From the human T2T-CHM13v2.0 reference genome, Homo sapiens, in assembly GCF_009914755.1 (NCBI RefSeq), contig NC_060927.1: DNA of 64,000 bases. One strand, given 5' to 3'. The notes under the pieces were generated by a model. That model was not told where the DNA came from, did not search any database, and saw only the letters and a list, made by a program, of their open reading frames with translations. A program made the translations under genes and the position numbers. Position 1 is the stretch's first letter; every line of letters begins with the position of its first letter. Of this stretch, positions 1 through 14,700 are shown piece after piece.

Positions 1-1689
1 ACTACCAGGGTCTAAAGAATTTGTTGGTCAAACCTCACCTCCTCTAAGTGATGATTCTTTGTTTTGACTGAGCCCAATGGCACTGGTACAAGTCACTTGC
101 TAACACAGGGGTGCAGCTGTGTTCAAATGAGTCATGTGGATGTCCTGTATTTCACTTTTGATGATTAGATGGAGAAAAATTAACACGGAATAATATAAAG
201 TCTAATAAGTCATACTCCACTTCTGAGAAATGTGTTTTGGTTAACAAACTCTTTTCTAAGGTATAAATAAACTGGGTTTCATTTTTCTCATCTAGAGTTT
301 GATAACCAAGATCGGATAAGGCATGAAGATGTGTTGATGCCTAGAGTGTGTAGGAAGGGGAATCTTGCACTTGGGACCATTGATGAAAGGCCGACTTTGT
401 TTGGAGGAATGGCCTGGTGGAGTGCCAGCCCCTGGGTGCCTGCAGGACCAGGCCGGTAAGAAGGAGGTAGGAAGGTGAGGGAGCGTACTTTGCCGAGGGC
501 GGGTGAATGGCTGATGTGGCACTGAAATTCCCCAGCAGGCTGCCTGTAGCTGGCTATGGGATAGGTTGCCAGTGCCTGGGGTGAGATGTCAAGGCTAGTT
601 TGGAAAGCTGCAATTTAAAAATGTATTGTATTTTTGGCCAGCTCAATGTCTTCTAATCCAGCTTCTGCAGTTTATTCCAGTTCAGCAGTCTCTCTCCTCT
701 CAGTCTTGACTTCTTTTTCTGAAGTTAAAATAGAAAAGAAAAATAGAAACCATGAGAAAAGAGAAGAGCATTTTCCTCCTTTTCCTGGTGGAAAAGTGGA
801 TCAGGTTTCTAGGTCTCTTATCTCTCTACTTTTTTCATCTTTATTATGTACACAAGCCAGGGCTTTTAAAGCCTATGCCTAGAAATGCTTAGGGCCTTTT
901 GTATTTTTTTTTTTCAAATTGATCTCTTATGAAGAAGTGCCACCCCTCCCCTAACTGCTAATAGAATTAGTATACTTAAAAATTAATATTCTAGCCTCTT
1001 CTAAATACAGAAGTGAAGATAGCAAATTATCTTCGTATTACGTTTTTATACTTACGTGAAAAATCGTAAGTTCCCTTTAGTTATGTAAACAAAGGAGTCT
1101 GTTATGTTGAGGAAAGGATCCCAGCAGTCTTTGAATTTTATAAAGACAGCCTTTCTCTGTATTTCCTTGGTATGCAGTTCTCTTAGGAGAACTAGTTGGG
1201 ATTAATGGACAAATCAGGAAAATAAAATAGACATGATGTGTTTGTACCTCAGACTGGTGAAGTGTGTCAGACCAGTTATATTCCCAAGGGGATTATGAAA
1301 GTTTTTCTTAGGGCACCTGAATAGGTACTTGGATGAAAACCAAGGAAATGCAACAGATTGTTGATGCCAGGTTCTCAGTGGGCATTCCTGTAGACAACTG
1401 AGAAGTGTAACTGGTCAGGAGAGCATATCCAGAGTGTTTTTGTCAACTTGGAGAGAGAGATCAGGTTAATTCTTATTAAATATCTAACATATAGAAGGCA
1501 TGCTCATCTCATGAGGGCATTCCTCACCTCACAATGCCCCCTTTCCCAGCCCTTCTCTTACCTGTACCCTAACACTTGTGATTTCCACATAAACAGGCGC
1601 TTTGTCTGTCTTGTTCACTGTTGAATCCCCAGTGCTTAGAACAATGTCCAGCCCCCAGGAAGTACTCAATAAATTACCCATTTTAAATT

Positions 1690-2500
1690 AATAAATGAAT
1701 TAGCTTAAACTGGGAAAAATATTGAAGTTGTTGAATGACAGACTTAGGACCTTAAAGAGATCTACTAGAATTATAAGTTGAATCTACCATGATAAAATGT
1801 AATGGGGAAAAAATGAAAAACCCCACCCTTAGGTCAAAAATCAACTATACAATGTCCCAGATGAAGAGAAACAACTTGGCAATATCTTACGTGAAAATTT
1901 GTTCGACAGTAAACACAACATAAATCAGCAATGTGCTATGATTGGGATAAAAATTTAATATGATTGTAGGCCATGTTAATTTAGATATAATATCTAGAAT
2001 AGAGAAGGTAATAGCACTTGTTTATGTTGATATCAGGTGGTACTTGGAGTAGTATATTCTATTCTTCTATAGTGGTTACTAAACTCAAAAAAAGATATAA
2101 GAAATTAAGAGTGTGTTTAATGGAGACTAGTCAAGGCTATGAGGGAACTCAGAAAGTGCAGGATAATTGGTAACATTGAGGACAGTTTTAGGCAGCCCAA
2201 GAGAAGGTTCAGTGAGCTTCAACCTCCATGTATCTGAGGAGGAGCTATTCTTTGGAAGAAGTATCATATTTGTTCTTTGTGTTTTCAGGGGCCAAACCTA
2301 GGGCAAATGTGTGGAGATTTCAGGAAGACACATGTTATCTCATCAAAAAGAAAGAGTTCTTGGTTGTCTGAGCTGCACTGAGCCTCATGGAGAGTAAGTC
2401 TTCTGCTTCTGGAAGTTTTCAAACAGGTTGCAAAAGACTGCAGGCTCAAGTATCCAGCTGAACTTGAGGATGTGTAAGATATATTCAGTAGAGATAAGTT
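1690..2500 (+). mobile_element. L3/CR1-like ancient LINE fragment
   Basis: Degenerate CR1/L3-type 3' region motifs (e.g. 'tctagaatagagaaggtaatag', 'tacttggagtagtatattc', 'tctggaagttttcaaacagg'). Boundaries approximate. Confidence 0.5.
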
Positions 2501-3884
2501 GTGTCGGCAGATGGGGGCTGCTAGGAGAAAGCACATTTTCACTGATTTCAGGGCCAGCCCAACATTAGAATTCTTTCTCATGAACCGCACTGCTGGGATA
2601 CAATTTAAGAGTATTCTCATTTACCTGGTCTGGCTCTGTGAAACCTGCGTAATGTAACTCAGATCACCTGGAATTTGTAAGGAGGTGCAATTATTCATTT
2701 AACAACTATTTATTGAGCACTGGCTCTGTGTACTGAAGTACTTGCTAGAGGTTGAGGTAGAATAATAAACAAGATTCATTTCCTGTCCTTAGGAACCTTA
2801 AAGGTATAGTGCCCACAGGACCTCTGCTCTAAAGACTAATATTTCAGCTTGGAGGCTCCATTCTCAGACTTGACTGAGCATTTGGTTCACTGCCTTGTAT
2901 AATTTGTGTGCTTATTGGTTCTCCACATGGACTAGCATTTCCTTGAATTCAGGGATTATTTCTCATTGTTTAACTTTAGCACAATCTCAAAGCACAGTGG
3001 TTGGCATAATAGCTGGTATTCAATAAATGTTTGTATAAACAAAACAAACTATACAGATCACTGCCCTGCAAATGAGTTGAGAACAAGAATATATCCTAGG
3101 AAAGTTCGGTGGAGGGACAGTGTCTTAAAAAACTGAAGGAATCATTAAAAAGTCTTCTAGGCCTTGGGGATGGGGGCAAGAATGGGGTGGGGATTGGGTG
3201 GGAGTTGACAAATCCAGATTGGCTCCAAGGATGATGAAATCTGGGCCACAGAACCACTAGACAGGCCATGACAACAGCCTGGGTTATGGGAAATGGGTAA
3301 TGTTGGTCTTTACTAAGGGGTCGCACCAGCCTTGGGAATCACTTAGTGTAACATATCATTCAGTACCAAATCACACATAGAAGAATGTGTTATGGAAATG
3401 TCAGAACTTCCAGTTGAGTCATTTAGAGAGAGGAAGAGGAGCAAGTAGTTTCAGAGAGGTCTGAAGCTTGGTTTTAAGTTAGGGAAGTGCTTTTCTTATT
3501 GCAGGGAATGTGGCTGGGCTCAGAGGGTCAATTCAGACCAAAAGGGGAGTCTACTAGCTCAAAGATGTGAGGTTAATTCTAATAAGCAGCATTTGGAAGA
3601 AGCTGAAGATCCTACAGGATCTGGAAGCCAGGTCTCCCTTGGACAAAGGGTCTGCTCAATGTAGTCTAGCATTCAAAATAGACAAGATTGTGGCAAGAAG
3701 AAACCAGAACTGACTGCCAAGCTGAGCCAGCCAGGTTGATCCAGGTGGACACTTACATTTGAATAAACAACATATGTTTTCATCTTAATCAATTTTTACA
3801 TTTTGAATTTTATTTTATTTTCTCACATTTGTAAACATTCATTTTTCACAATTCCAGACTTAGTGAGTCTTTTTATGAGAGTGT

Positions 3885-4130
3885 GTGGGGCTAGGAGTGT
3901 GATCTCTGGGCTATGGAGACACATTTTTATGTCTGACATTTAGATCTGTCACTTATTTGCTGGGTGTCCCTGAGCAAGTTTCTTCACCTTCCTAAGCTTT
4001 AATTTCCTTGTTGTAAAGTAAGGGTGATGATAGTACTTACCTCATAGATTTCTTGAGAAAATTAAAAAATGTCTGTAAAGTCTTAACATAGCATTTGAGT
4101 TCCATAAATGTCAACTCTGTGGTTATTGAT
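3885..4130 (+). mobile_element. MIR SINE
   Basis: MIR core: 'ctgtcacttatttgctgggtgtccctgagcaagtttcttcaccttcctaagctttaatttcc...gatagtacttacctcatag'. Confidence 0.7.
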
Positions 4131-4713
4131 GTTACTACGGTGAAGAGGCAAGAGGGCACTGTGACGATTGCTGCCTCCAAGCTGAAAGAAAGACGATCCT
4201 CATATTTGAGAAGGAAGAAGAGATAAGAAATTCTGCTTTGGGCATGTTGAGTTTAACGAGTCAGTGGGAAATCCAGGTTGCATAAGGGTCCAGAAGTCAG
4301 GAACGGATAGGGCTAAATATTTGAATATATGCATCAAAATGCAGAGGTGGTGGGTAAAATAAAATAGAAAGGGAGAGGGGTCTGGCTTCTATATTCAAGG
4401 GTTATCAGAAGAGAGTGACTAACGAGGAGATCAGAAGGAACAGCTAGAAATAGATGAAAACCAGGATAAAGGCATGTTGAGAAAGTCAAAGGACGGATGT
4501 TTGATTATGGAAGAAGTGGCCAAGGAAGATAAAAGTAAGACAAGACTGGAGGTGGCCTTAGATTTAGCAATGATTGTACCACTTGTTTCTTTTATTAGGG
4601 CAGACAAGGGAGCAGTCATAGCAAAAATCAAACTGCTGTAGATTGAAAAATAAAGGAAAGGTAAAATATTCATAATATATGAAGAAAAAAGTCAAATTAA
4701 AAATCACATGTCT

Positions 4714-4999
4714 GGCTGGGTGCAGTGGCCCATGCCTGTAATTCCAGCACTTTGGGAGGTTAAAGTGGGAGGATTGCTTGGGCCCAGGAGTTTGAGACCA
4801 GCCTGAGCAACATGGTGAAACTCCACTTCTACAATAAAAATGAAAATGAAAATTAGCCAGATGTGGTGGTTCGCCCCTATAGTCCCACCTACTCTGGAGG
4901 CAGATGTGGGAGGATTGCTTGAGCCCCACTGTGATGAGCCATGATAGCAACACTGCCCTCTACCCTGGGCAACAGAGTGAGACCCCATCTCAGAAAAAA
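4714..4999 (+). mobile_element. AluJ SINE with small right-arm deletion
   Basis: Starts ggctgggtgcagtggc. Both arms carry the J-type 'ggaggattgcttg(a/g)gccc'. A-rich linker present. Degenerate flanking repeat aaaatcacatgtct / aaaatcatttgcct. Confidence 0.9.
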
Positions 5000-7469
5000 T
5001 CATTTGCCTGTTATAACCCATTGTTATTAAACAATGAAGTTAAAAAAAGAAATATTTACATGGGGGATGGTATTTAAAGCATAATTATTTCTTTTCTAAT
5101 ATCACTTGCTGACTTCTTGTAAAGTCTGGAGGGCTAAGCTTCCCCTAGACTATTATTTTCACTTCTGTGCTGCTTCTACCTGCTTTGGACTTTCAGATCT
5201 TGCCTCTGGTGTCCTCTCTGCTCTATACTTGATGGCTGAACTCTGCTTCCGGAGTCTGCTTTTTGGTGCTCTCCAAAGACTGAACAATTACACAGCTCTT
5301 GCTCTTCCTGCTTCAGGCTGCTTCAGAAATGTACTCCACCCATCCCACTTGACCCCTGGGACACAGATTCCAGCATAAGAATGTGCCTGTGCCAGCCTGT
5401 CCCAGGAGGCAGGTGCACTGCTCTTAGGAGTTATATGATGAAAATATGTATGTTTCTGTGGAAGTATTGCTCATTAGCAAATCAAAGCCCCAGCAAAATT
5501 GGTTACTGTAGGAGATAATGTTCCCACAAAATCACTTCCCACTTTTCCATGCTGAGTCACGTCCTGGTTTCATTTTCTCAAGCAGGTAACAACTCCTGTC
5601 AATGACACAGAAAATTTTTTTCTTAAATCACTGATTGGAGAGTTTTATACACTTGAAGACAAGTTACGTTTTAAAGCTCAGTCATGGGAGAAGAAGGAAG
5701 CCAGGAGTTGATGGGAATAAACGTTTCCACTCACCTCAAACCTTCACAGCACTGCCACTGGTTCATGTGACTTTGGATGAATGCCCAGGCTTTCATTCTG
5801 TCATGTGTAAAAGGGAATTGTGATGCCAACCTTACCTGTTGTGAGAAACCCACGTGTTAATGGTTCAAAGGGCTATTAGAGCTGATTGTCCTTAGTAAAC
5901 CTTCTTCAATTCGACCTCATTTTACTCCCAGAAAGTATCTCACCTTTTTCCTGACAGAGAAGCTCATCCTATGAAAGGGAAATGTTTAAGAAAATATAAC
6001 CATTTAGTATGAATTGTAATCTCCAACTCAAAATGTTTCTTTACTGTTAGCCTTCCTCTGCTCTTGTGTGATGCTTAGGCCAGCCTGCTGCTACCTTGTC
6101 TCGGATTCTGGGAGGTATAATATTTTTGAAAGACTATCCTATGGTTTTTTTTTTTTCCCCATGGCACTTTCTCCTCTTTGTCTCTTACTTGCCTCCATAT
6201 AAATAACTAGCCCATATGTATTGCCTCAGGAGAGGGAAAAAGCTTTGTTGGGGCTTTTGTTTCTTCATGAGGGCTTAGAACAGGAGTGAGACCAAGACAG
6301 AAGCGGCTTGGAAACTAGGGAGGAAAACTTTTCACCCATGGCCTCCCCCACCAGGAAGGATTCCTTGGGCTATCAGAATAAGAAATAAATGAGAAAAGGC
6401 AAGGAAGCTTGGGGGGGTTCCTGGAAAAGGTCCTGTGCCAAGCTGGAGGCTTTGACAATAGCTCTAGATAGCTTGGGGGATCTGAGAGGAGAGACAGCCT
6501 ATACCTCATTTCTCTTCAGAGCAGCTGGTGAGAGAAGGGAAAACAGCTCTGCCATGTGGCTCTAACCAGATGGGATGTTAGACGGCTCCTAGAGTTTCTC
6601 ACACCGTATTATCATGAGGGAGCAGCAAATGACATCTTTGCAACCAAGAATGGTGGAGAAGGAGTTCCTGAAGGGACCGTGCAGGTGGAAACCAAGGACA
6701 TTTTTTCAGGTGCCCAGATGGACCAGCCACTGAGGAGGATGTGTGATCTGAGATGGGACAGTAGATGCCAGTGTGAGATGACTCTGAGGTTCAAATGCAA
6801 GTGTTCCTTCAATTGCCCACTCCCATCACACACATGTGCACACACACACTAGCCACACACAGGCATGTCAACCACACACACCTTAGTACTAAGTAAGATT
6901 GAAGAATTTAGATGAAAATAAAACTTGGAGAGAATTAGGTTACATTTCTACTACCTCAGTGGAATAGGGACTCGAGAAAGAGATTGGTTTCTGAAACAAA
7001 TAAAGCTGTATTTCTCACATATCAGAATTTGTAGACTAAGATGCTTCCTACACTTGATTAACTGTTTTTTCTTCTTTTAATCTCTTCTCTTCTTTTTTTT
7101 TCTGCTGTTATCCATCTCTGTTACTTTCCATAGCCACTTCTTTCTTGACTTACATATGTGCGCAGGCCTTTTCTAACATTAATGCCAAAAAATAGTAAAC
7201 CACATGTCCCCAGCCCTCCCTGATACCATCTGTTTGCAGCTCACTAGGACCAGCCTCATTATTTTCTTAACTCCTGTTTGTTTCAGTTGCTGTAAGAAGC
7301 CCCAGACTTCTTCTGGTCTCCCTTTATCTTCCGCACTTTTCATGTAATTCTGCACATGCTCGATTTTGTACCATGTCCAATCCCTCCCCAGCTCCTGAAA
7401 TATTTCCATTGGACCCTCAGGAACTCATGGAACATCATAGCCAAACCTTTGTAGCATCAGCTGTTTGGA

Positions 7470-7986
7470 TTCCTGTGCTGATCATTTGCCTGCTTGTTTT
7501 CAGGCCTGTTTCCCACTTTTCCTCTCCTCTGCTCTCTATTACAGGTGACAGAGCTTGGCAAAAGCTCTGTTGTCACCTGGCTGCCATCTAGGCTCAGAAA
7601 ACAGAAAGCACTGGTGGGACATTAACGAGTGGTGGTAAAGGAGAAACAGGGTATTCCTCCCCATCCTCTCCACATCAGCCTCTCGCAGTGTCTTCTCTTT
7701 TGTTCTGGTTCCTTCTGGATGAACTTCCTCTTTGGTCCCAGCTTCCACCTGGTTCCAGGTCCTGCCAGGTGGCTGAGCTCCTGGGCATGGAACCATCTCC
7801 TCCTTCTCTGGGCTTTCCAGAAAAATCACTGACAGTGGCCTTCTACTCTTGTTAATCTCTGAGTTTCTTTACTGTACCTCATTGGGCTTCTCAGCTCTTC
7901 CAGTAACTTTTATTAACATAACCAACTCCTTGAGTAAAATAAACTATCTGATGTGGGTTCTTTTCTCCTGATTGGACCCTGACACA
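7470..7986 (+). mobile_element. ERVL-class LTR (LTR33-like)
   Basis: Ends 'ttttctcctgattggaccctgacaca', and the internal motifs resemble LTR33. Boundaries approximate. Confidence 0.5.
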
Positions 7987-8129
7987 GTTTTGTTCACCTT
8001 CCTGCTCTGACCAAAACCAAGATCTTTTTTGAGGATCCTACTTCGCCTGTAGCCCTTTCCTTTGGTGACATTTTTTTTTCCTCTTGAAACTCTACTTCCA
8101 CTGAGTCTAGATATGGGTTAGGTGTCCCT

Positions 8130-11100
8130 CCTTGTTTCTTACTACCATTTTCAGACTGTTCTTCTTCCATTCTACCCTAAGCTCTTCGAACTTTGAGTCT
8201 CACTTCATCATACTATACCTTCTACTGTCCTTCATCTCTGGTCCTTGGATTATTTGTTTCTGGATGAATTTAGCTACTGGCTCTTTGTTACACTCTTCAG
8301 TACTATTCCTGTCTCAATTCTTGGTGATTTCAACAAAAATCACAGCACAAATGATTCCTTCAACACTGCCTTTTCCATTTCTGGAACTCCCCTACAATGA
8401 TGATATTGCTCTGTATTCTACCTCAACCACTCATTTCCCTGGTAATATCCTAGGCCTTATTATTCCCAATGACTGCAACCCCTTCATAATCTCAATTTTA
8501 TATATGCTACTCTCTGATCTCTTTGTCTAGTGCCCTGCCCTACATTTCTAGCTCACTCTCTTTAGTACCTGAACTCCATCTATCCCTTAATCCCAGAATG
8601 GATTTCAGTGTGTTGGTTCTTCTACTTTTTCACTATTTATTATTCCTTATGTATTTATTTCTTTCTTTATCCAGATTAAATTCCATGTCAATTATTTCTC
8701 ACTCCCATGCATACAGCCTCAAATACCTCAAGCCCCTCTCTTGCTTTATTATAACTTGACAGAACCTCAATCCTGATTAAAACCCATTTTCCATCTACTC
8801 TGCCCCTGAATCTGAGCAATTTCATACACCTGGGCAAAAACACAGCCACTGGGTCAGAAACCTGTCTATCAAGAGGCCGTTAGTGCTGACTGAGAAACAG
8901 ACTACATTTTCTTAGTCATTCACTCGCCCTCTATTCCAGATGATTATTTTACGCCTTCTCCTCCAACCTCATGACAATCATGGAGGTGTGTCACTCAGAT
9001 CTCCTGCTGAGAGTATCTGTGGGGCACAGGTGATGGACAGCCTCTAGCTGCTGCACAATCGGGTTCACTGTGGCATTCATAGTAAGACCATTCGTCCCCT
9101 GGACTTCTCCCAGCCAGTGACTGGTGGGAGTACTAGAACCAGGCCACTCCTATCAAACATGAGACTGCTTTAATGGGATTCTTTGCTTTGGGACACTTTA
9201 TTGGCCTGGTGAGACATTCTCAGAATTGTACTTCAGTCTAAGTCTCTTTCTCCTTCCTCTCTTCTTTCAAAGCTGGAAGATTTGGATTGAAGTTTGAAGA
9301 CTCTTTCCATGTCTCTTGCTTTCTCTCCCGTTATTATTCATGGATGTTTCCCCAATGAATCTCTTTTATATCTATTTGCATCTTGATACCTGCTTCTTGG
9401 AGGATCAGAACTAGTTTGGAACACTTGAATGCTGTCTCCTAATACTCCCTCTTCACTGAAGATTTTGTTTTTTAAATCAATAAGAAAATCGAAACCACAA
9501 AGTTCCCACACCTTATTTATTCAGCTATCAGGACATGTTTCCTTATATCGTGTCTTTTCACTTGTTACCATAGATGTCATATCCATTTTATTATCTACAG
9601 GACAACCTCTCCACTTGGGCACCAGATTCCATCCCAACTTTGATACTCAAGGAAATATTTCCAGTAATTTTTTTCTCTTGTGTACATCTCCTCTCTTTTC
9701 TATATCACTAATCCCCCCTCTCTGCTATGTCATTCCTGTCAGCAAAAAGCATGTTATTTTGTCACCCATCCTAAAAAATACTTTCTTGTTCCTACTTTTT
9801 CCTCTCCCTACTAGCACATTTTATCCTCCTTTTCACCTAAACTCCTGAAATGCATTTTTTTTGTAGTATTTCTATACTTACAGTTTCTCTCCTCCCAATC
9901 TTTTAAATACAACTCAATCTTGTTTTTACTTACTCTACCAAAACTGCTCTTGTTGAGGTTAGCAACAGCCTCTACATGCCTAAATTCAATGGCAATTTTA
10001 ATGACCTATCCATAGTACTTGATACGGTTTATCACTCTTTCCTATTTCTTTCTTATTTATTAACATCTAGGATACTGTACTCTTTTGGTTTACCTTCTTT
10101 CTCATTACTTACTTCAGTCTCCTGCTGGTTTCTCATATGCTTCCTGGATTTTTTTTTTTTAGTGACAATGGAGTGCTCCAGAGCTCTCTGCATTCACTCA
10201 CTTGGTGATCTCATTCAGACCCATGGATTATTTATCTAGCTACTGACAAATCACATCTCCAGCCTTGAACTTCCTTGAATTCCAGACTTATATATCCATC
10301 TGCCTACTTGTTATGTCTAGTTGAATACCTCATAGATATCAAACTTGGCATGTCCCAAGCCAAAACCCTCATCTTCTCCCACACCTATGCAAATGGACCA
10401 CAAACAAAACTGGCTTCACTACAGTCCTTGACTTCTTAGTTAATGGCATTTCCATTTGTCCAGCTGTTTGGGTCAGAAACATTGGAGATTTTCTAGACAC
10501 TTCTCTTTCTCTCACACTCAATATCCTATCTATCAGAAAATCCTTGTGGCTCTATCCTTAAAATACATCTAGAACCCAACAAACTTTTGCCACCTTCATT
10601 TCTACCATCCAGTCCTCCTATCATCAATCATCCCTAATCTGAATTATTGCAACATCCTCTAATTAATCTCCCTGCTTCAGCTCTTACTTGCCCACAGTAT
10701 TTTAAGAGATTCTTTTAAAATGCAGGTTTGCCATACCACTCTCTGCTCAAAACTCTCTAATAATTTCCCATTTCCTCCAGAGTAAAATCAGAGTTTTACT
10801 GAGAAGCTGAGAAGTGCCACAGCTGGGGAGGTTCTGAGTCACCACAAAAAGTCTTTACAATGGCCTAAACACCCTCCATGACCTTGGCCTGCTCCACCTT
10901 GGTACATCACTGACTTTAGTCCTTGCTCCAGCTTTTCTGGCCTCCTAACTGATTCCTCTGAAAAATCAAGTGCATTTCTACTTTTTGGCCTTTGCACTAC
11001 TTCTTCCCTCTGCTTGGAATTCTCTTCCAAATGAATCTCTCACCTTCTTTAAGTCCTTGCTCAAATCTCACCTTCACAAAGAGGCTCAATTGGACCATAC

Positions 11101-11320
11101 TATTTTGAGTGCAGTGTCCTCAGCACTCTTGTCATTTATTTACCTGGTTCTTATTTTCCCAATTGAACTCATCACCTCTTGATGTATTTTACTTATGTCA
11201 TATTTATTGTCTGCCTTGTCCAAATGGTATATAAGTTCCATGAGGGTGGACTTTTGTGTCTCCAGGAAAAACAATAGTGCTTGGAATGTGGTAGACATTC
11301 AATAAATAATTACTGAATGA
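8130..11320 (+). mobile_element. L2 LINE (long fragmented copy, interrupted by LTR16-like element)
   Basis: Typical pyrimidine-rich L2 motifs ('aaaactgctcttgttgaggttagcaac', 'cacttggtgatctcattcagacccatgg', 'ccactctctgctcaaaactctc'). L2 3' tail 'attcaataaataattactgaatga' near 11320. Confidence 0.75.
8978..9415 (+). mobile_element. ERVL LTR (LTR16-like) nested in L2
   Basis: 'gtgtgtcactcagatctcc...' start and 'catcttgatacctgcttcttggaggatcagaacta' end resemble LTR16A. Confidence 0.55.
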
Positions 11321-11379
11321 CTATTGATTACCTATTACAGTTGGTTAATTTTAGAAACAAAAACACCACCAAGTATTGA

Positions 11380-11615
11380 GTGGCAATATAGCATTGTGCC
11401 TGAGCACACTCACTCAGGAGTCAGGTTTTCTGGGGTCTGTGAGATTCTGAACAAGTTACTTGACCTCTGCAGACATGGCTTTCTTATCTATAAAGTAGAA
11501 ATATTAATTATATGTACTTCATAGGCTCTTCATATGGACTAGGTGAAACAGTAGTGTAAAGCATTTAGTAAAGTGCTGGGTACAAAATGAGAGCTTGATA
11601 CATATTAGATATTCT
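11380..11615 (+). mobile_element. MIR SINE
   Basis: 'tgaacaagttacttgacctctg...ttcttatctataaagtagaaata...gtgtaaagcatttagtaaagtgctggg'. Confidence 0.7.
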
Positions 11616-11754
11616 TAATAAAATAGCAACAACAAATTAGTAAAAACTGTTGGGGCTGGGATTGAAGTGGCAGACTATTCATTTTAGTTTCCAAGTTTGT
11701 CTTTCTTTCAGATCTACATTGACGAAATAATTGTTCAGAAGTGGAGGGAGTAAG

Positions 11755-14700
11755 GATGTCGTGTTCCAGATCTTAGAAGAAAGGCTTTCAGTTTTTCCTG
11801 ATTCAATATGATACTAGCTATGGATCTGTTGCATATGGCCTTTATTATATCGAGGTATATTGCTTCTATATGTCTAGTTTTTGAGTTTTTGTTTCATAAA
11901 GGTATGTTGAATTTCATCAAATGATTTTTCAGTATTAATTGATATGATCACATGGTTTTGTCCTTCATTTCATTGATATGATGTATCGCATTGATTGATT
12001 TGTGTATGTTAAATCATCCTTGCATCCTTGGGATAAATCCCACTTGGTCATGATGGATGATCTTTTTAATGTTTTGTTGAAGTTGATTTGCTAGTATTTC
12101 ATTGAGGATTTTTGCATTAATGTTCATCAGTGACAATAGCCTATAGTTTTCTTTTTTAAATGTGTCTTTTTCTGGTTTTGGTATCAGAGTAATATTGGCC
12201 TTGTAGAATGGGTTTGGAAGTATGCCCTCTTCCTGTATTTTTTTGAATATTTGGAGGGGGACTGGTATTAATTCTTCTTTAAATGTTTGGTAGAATTCAG
12301 CAGGGAAGCCATCAGATCCTGGGCTTTTCTTTACTGGGGGATTTTTTTTATGACTTTTATCTCATTACTTGCTACTGGTCTGTTCAGGTTTTGGAGATTG
12401 CCATGGTTCAATTTTGGTAGGTTGTGTATGTCTAAGAATTTATTCATTTCTTCAAGGTTTTCTGCATATAGTTGTCCGCAGTAGCCACTAATGATCTTTT
12501 GAATTTGTACAGTATCAGTTGTAATGTCTCAGTTTTAATCTCTGATTTTATTTATTTGGGTTGTCTTTCTTTTTTCTTAGTCTAGCTAAAGGTTTTTCAA
12601 AATCATTTATTTCTTCAAAAAACCAACTTTTATTTTCATTGATTTTTTGTATTGTTTTCTTCAAGCCAAGTTAATTTTTTTTTCTGATCTCTATCATTTC
12701 TTCTACTAATTTTGGGTTTGGTTTGCTCTTATTTTTCCAGTTCTTTAAGATCCATTGTTAAGTTATTTCTTTGAATTTTTCCTTTTTTTGATATAGTCAC
12801 TTATAGCTATAAGCCTTCCACTTATTACTGCTTTCACTGTAACCCATAGGTTTTGGTGTGTTATGTTTCCATTTTCATTGGTTTTCAGAAATTTTAAAAT
12901 TTCCTTTTTAATTTTTTCATTGATCCACTGGTTATTCAGAAGCATATTGTTTAATTTCCATGTGTTTGTATAGTATTCCAATTTCCTTATTATTAATTTC
13001 TAGTTTAACTTCATTGTGGTCTAAGAAGATACTTGATATTACTTTAATTTTTTGAATGTTTTAAGACTTGTTTTGTGACCTAATATATGGTCTATGCTTG
13101 AGAATAATCTATGTGCTGAGGAGAAGAATGTGTATTCTGCAGCCTATGGCTGAAATGTTCTGTAAATATCTATTAGATCCATTTGGTTTACAGTGTAGAT
13201 TAAGTTCAATGTTTCTATGTTGATTTTCCATTGGGAGATCTGTCCAATGCTGCAAGTAGTGTCGAAGTCTCCAGCTCTTACTGTATTGGGATCTGTCTCT
13301 CTCTTTCTTTCTAATAATATTTACTTTATATATCGGAGTGCTTCAGTGTTGGATGCATATATATTTACAGTTGAATCCTCTTGCTGAATTGACCCCTTTA
13401 TCATTATGTAATGACCATCTTCATCTTTTTTTTACAGCTTTTGTCTTGAAATCTATTTTATGTGGTTTAAGTATAGCTACTCTTGCTCTTTTTTGTTTCC
13501 ATTGGCTTGAAATTTTTTCTATCCCTTTATTTTCAGTCTGTGTGTGTCTTTATGGGTAAAATGTGTTTCTTGTAGGTAACAAATCATTGGATCTTGTTTT
13601 TTATTCCATTCAACCATTCTATGTCTTTTGACTGAAGAGCTTAGCCCATTGAAATTCAATGTCATTATTAATAAGTGCTTACATCTTCCATTTTGTTATT
13701 TGTTTTCTGGTCTTCTTTTCCTTCTTTCCTTTTTTTCCTCTGTTCCTTTTAGTGAAGATTTTCTCTGCTGGTATTATTTAATTTCTTGTTTTCTATTTTT
13801 TGAATATCCATTGTATATTTTGATTTGACATTACCATGAGGCTTGCAGACACTATCTTGTTACTCATTATTTTAAGCTGGTGACAACTTAACACTGTTTG
13901 CATAAACAAATTAATAAAGAAGCACAAAGAAAGTTAATAAAAACTCTACACCTTAACTTCACCCCTGTACTTTTTAACCTTTTGTTGTTTCCATTTGCAT
14001 CTTATTGTAGCATTGTACTATGTCTTGAAAAGTTGTTTTAGTTACTATTTTTCCTTGGTTCATTGTTTAGTCCTTCTATTTAAGATGAAGGGTTTACTCA
14101 CCAATTACAATTTTGTAATATTCTGTTTTTCTGTGTGCATACTATTACCAGTGAGATTTGTATCTCCAAATAATTTCTTATTGCTTATTAACACCTTTTT
14201 CCTTCTGATTGCATTTCTTGCAAGACAGGTCTGAGTGATGTAATCTCTCAGCTTTTTTTTGTGCGTAGGAAATTCTTTATTTCTCCTTCATCTTTGAAGG
14301 ATATTTTTGCCAGATACACTATTTTAGGGTAAGAGTATCTTCCTTCAACATCTTAAATATATCATGCCACTCTCTCCTGGCCTGTAAGGTTTCCACTGAA
14401 AAGTCTGCTGCCAGATGTGCTGGAGCTCTATTGTATGTTATTTGTATCTTTTCTCTTGCTGCTTTTAGGATCCCTTCTTTATCCTTGATCTTTGGGAGTT
14501 TATTAAATGCCTTGAGGTAGTCTTCTTTGGGTTAAATCTGCTTGGTGCTTAATAACTTTCCTTTGATTGATATCTTTCTCTATGTTTGAGAAGCTCTCTG
14601 TTATTATCCCTTTGGATAAACTTTCTACCCTTATCTCTTTCTCTACCTCCTCTTAATAACTCTTAGATTTGTCCCTTTGAGGCTATTTTCTAGACCCTGT

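Noticed and set aside
4564-5021. ORFs of 105-129 aa (also 17907..18161, 56007..56243, 58261..58597)
   Set aside because: Alu-derived translations with typical Alu peptides; not genes.
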